Shown: piece by piece, positions 61,271 through 64,000 of the stretch
Layout of the letters: each line of letters opens with the position of its first letter
How positions within the stretch are numbered: the stretch's first letter is position 1
Origin: Alphaproteobacteria bacterium
Lineage (GTDB): Bacteria > Pseudomonadota > Alphaproteobacteria > UBA6615
DNA length: 64,000 nucleotides
Reading direction: 5' to 3'
Assembly (NCBI GenBank): GCA_965261975.1
Contig: CBDHEC010000017.1
Location: 17,664-81,663, forward strand
The notes under the pieces: generated by a model
What the model saw: only the letters and a program-made list of their open reading frames with translations
Database searches by the model: none
What the model was told of the DNA's origin: nothing
Position numbers and translations under genes: made by a program

Positions 61271-62149
61271 TCAGCTCAGATGCGCCTGGAAGAATGCGAC
61301 AAGCGGCCCCAGCAGCGCCGGATCGGAGCGGTTGCCTTGGTCGACATGGACGATCTCGATCGTGCCGCCCGCCTTGCGGTAATTCTCCGCAAAACGCTCC
61401 GGCTCGTTGAGGTCGAGGGGAGATTCCGGGTCGCGATAATCATGCACCGGGTCCGGCGTGCCCTGGAACCATATGGCCGGCAGTATCTCGACGGCCTCGC
61501 CACGCTCCAGCGCCAGCATCGGGTTGCGCCTCCTCCATATTCGCCTCGTTCACCCAGTAGGTGTCGTGGCGCTCGGGCAGATCGGCGACCCAGGCCGGCG
61601 GGTCACCCGCCGCGCGCAACCCCACGACGCGGCGGTAGCGCGACAGCGGATTGATCACCGGCCACATCATGCCGACGCAGCGCACGGTCGCGTCCACATC
61701 GGGCGCATCGGCGGCTCAAGTGGCAGCGCGGCGTAGCGCTGGATCGTTCGGGTCGCATCGACGGCCAGCATTGCGAGATGACCACCGCTGGACTGGCCCA
61801 GAATTCCAATTCGCGTCGGGGTCGAGGCCGCAGTTCCCCGGCATGCGCCTTCAGCCAGCGCAGCGCGTAGTTGATGTCTTCCAGCGAGGATGGATATCGC
61901 GTCATCCGCCTGGCGGAAATCCAGCGCCGCGGAGGCCATCCCGTTGCCTCGGCGAAAGACCTCACCGCGTGTGCCGCATTCGCTCGGCCCGCCCTTGCAC
62001 CAGCAGCCGCCATGCAAATCGAGGATGGCCGGAAACGGACCCGCACCGTCGGGCCGGATCAGCCGGATCGATCAGGGGCCGGTCGCCGTGGCGGATAAAT
62101 CTCGATGTCCTCGGCGGGGCGTACGAGCGTGTCTGTCGGTCACTGTCAT
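61271..62149 (-). pseudogene. Alpha/beta hydrolase (HSL-like esterase) fragmented by multiple frameshifts
   Basis: GPFPAILDLHGG, YPSSLEDINYALRWLK, GILGQSSGGH and QGTPD fragments lie in different frames. Confidence 0.7.
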
Positions 62150-62466
62150 GGCTTCTGATCCCTGTATACTCTTATGCGGAGCTGTCGACACCGATCCTAA
62201 CCGGGGATGGCGTGGTCCGAAACGCACCGAAAGATTCGGCTAAAACCCGGCCCGCAACGCTGCCGCCGAAGCATGGTTTATTATCTGTCCGGACAATTGT
62301 GCACCAAATCTTCATCTGACGAAATGCAACCACACGAGGCTGTTACTTGAGCAACTGTGAGTCATAATCCATTAGTTAAATCGTCATTCTATGAAACGTA
62401 TCGTCATCGAAATGCCGCCGACACCAAGAGCCAGATCGACGCACAATCTCTGGGAGGAGATTACGC

Positions 62467-63502
62467 ATGTCACTCAAAATTGCACCATCACCGGCACTTC
62501 CTGTCGGGCGCACGTCGTCGCAACCGGTTTGCTGTTACACGCACAGCCGGCATCGGCGCACAGACCGAAGTCCTGATCAACAACTACCTGCCGCCGAAGC
62601 ACCCGTTCCAGACGCAGATCGTCGCGCCGTGGATCGATGAGGTCATCGTTGCGACCGGCGGTTCGGTCACGCCGACGCTGTCGGCCGCCGCTGTCGGCCC
62701 GCCGCCGAAGAACTGGCAGACCGTGGTCAAGGGTGTCGCCGACGTGGTCGTGCTGGCCAACCTGTTCCAGCCCAAGCGCATCCAGCTCCCGACGGTCGCC
62801 GAGATTCCGCTGAACTCGGGATCGTCCGAGAAAACGTCCGCGGCGCTGTGGAGCACCCACGAGAAATTCTTCGCGGCCGCCAACGAATATGACGGTGCGG
62901 TTCTTCTCGGTTCCTTCTCGCTGACGCCGAATGTCATCCACAGTGGCACCGGCCCCATCGTCGGGCTCAGCCGATCTCAAGGGTTACAAGCTGCGTGCTT
63001 CCCCGGGCGTTGCCACCAACGTCCTCAAGGAACTCGAACGCGGTGCCGGTCGCATCGGGACCGTCGAAGATTTTCGGCCTGATCTCCAAGGGCGTCGTTG
63101 ACGGTGTTGCCGTTCCGGCACACGGGCTGCGTGGCGTTCCGCATGGAGCCGTACATCAAGGCCGTCACGACATTCCCCGGTGGCATGTCGAACACGACCT
63201 TCTCCTTGCTCATGAACAAGGACAAGTGGGACAGCCTGACCGCCGAGCAGCAGACGCAGGTGATGAGCGTGTCCGGTGCCCATGTTTCGTCCAAGGGACC
63301 GGGCATGGATCGGATCGCAAACGGCGCCATGAAGAAGCTGCAGGCGAAGGTGGCGGCCAGGTGGTCGAAGCGGACGCAGAGGTTCTGGGTGTGATCCGCA
63401 CAGTTCGCCGACAAGATGGAAGCCGATTGGGTCAAGATGGCCGACTCCAAGGGCGTTGACGGCAAGGCCGCGCTGGCCTTCTTCCGCGGCCAACTGCAGT
63501 AG
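62467..63502 (+). CDS. dctP: TRAP transporter substrate-binding protein DctP (multiple frameshifts)
   Basis: SD GGAGGA before ATG 62467; NYLPPKHPF, GVADV, ISKGVVDG and LLMNKDKWDSL motifs across frames. Confidence 0.8.
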
Positions 63503-63531
63503 CGATCGCCAGCATCAAATCGATGCCGGTA

Positions 63532-63565
63532 CAGCCGCCGTCGGGGACAAACCCGACGGCGGCTG
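63532..63565 (+). terminator. Perfect 14-bp stem-loop after dctP (mRNA-stabilising or attenuating hairpin)
   Basis: CAGCCGCCGTCGGG-GACAAA-CCCGACGGCGGCTG with no strong T-tract. Confidence 0.6.
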
Positions 63566-63594
63566 ATCCGCTGCCTTCCATTCAAGAATTGCGT

Positions 63595-64000
63595 GTGACC
63601 TCTTGACCGCAGATCCCCTCGAAATCAACGAAGACGCGCTGGCCGAGGACTATGCCGTGCCGGCATCGAAGGCCGGCGGGTTCGCCTGGCCGATCCGTAT
63701 CCTCACCGGAATCGCGGCAATCTTCATGGCATCGATCGCGGGTGTCACATTCGTCGATGTGACGGGTTGCTATGTGTTCACCGCACCAATACCGGGAGGC
63801 GTCGAGATCATCGAGTTCCTGCTCGGGCTTCTCATCTTCTCTTCCCTGCCGCTCGTGGTCGTCAAGAACGCGCACATCTCGGTCGAACTGTTTGACGGAT
63901 TCATGAGCGAGGGCTTCAAGCGTGTACGTGAGATCATCGTCCTCCTGGGCAACGCGGCCGTGCTGGGCTTCATCACATCGCGCATGTGGGCGACCGGGCT
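63595..64000 (+). CDS. dctQ: TRAP transporter small permease DctQ (partial, frameshifted, start uncertain)
   Basis: APIPGGVEIIEFLLGLLIFSSLPLV...HISVELF motif, downstream of dctP. Confidence 0.72.

Noticed and set aside
62357-62381. dif-like sequence GTGAGTCATAA-TCC-ATTAGTTAAAT
   Set aside because: The spacer is 3 bp rather than 6 and the XerD arm is imperfect. It lies in the AT-rich dctP promoter region. Worth rechecking only after polishing, since this area is indel-rich.

Overview
A GC-rich alphaproteobacterial (Rhodospirillales-like) chromosomal window, mostly conserved housekeeping synteny. In order: ftsE(end)-ftsX-ydcF-plsC, chaC, DUF2125, tyrC-hisC-chorismate mutase, metXW, pdxY, sdhCDAB, zapE-mdh-sucCDAB-lpdA, a CHASE4 kinase/receiver pair, xerC-DUF484-tal, priA, atpHAGDC, rppH-yibQ-ctpA-envC-gpmA-rlmH-rsfS-nadD-proA-proB-obgE-rpmA-rplU, tRNA-Ser(CGA), then an accessory catabolic/TRAP block. 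Scattered indels, including two in atpD and dense clusters near 47.2-48.6 kb and 61.3-64 kb, look like long-read consensus errors. The standout is the ~1.36 kb gap between pdxY and sdhC, which has no credible protein ORF. It holds a ~900-nt hairpin-dense element whose nine UUCG/CUCG/GCAA tetraloops and most G-U wobbles read correctly only on the minus strand, so it is a candidate large structured ncRNA. An 11-bp-phased array of DnaA-box-like motifs lies upstream of it. A convergent ~75-nt plus-strand candidate sRNA, complementary to its 3' hairpin, lies downstream. All functional calls come from motif recognition and synteny; no database searches were run.
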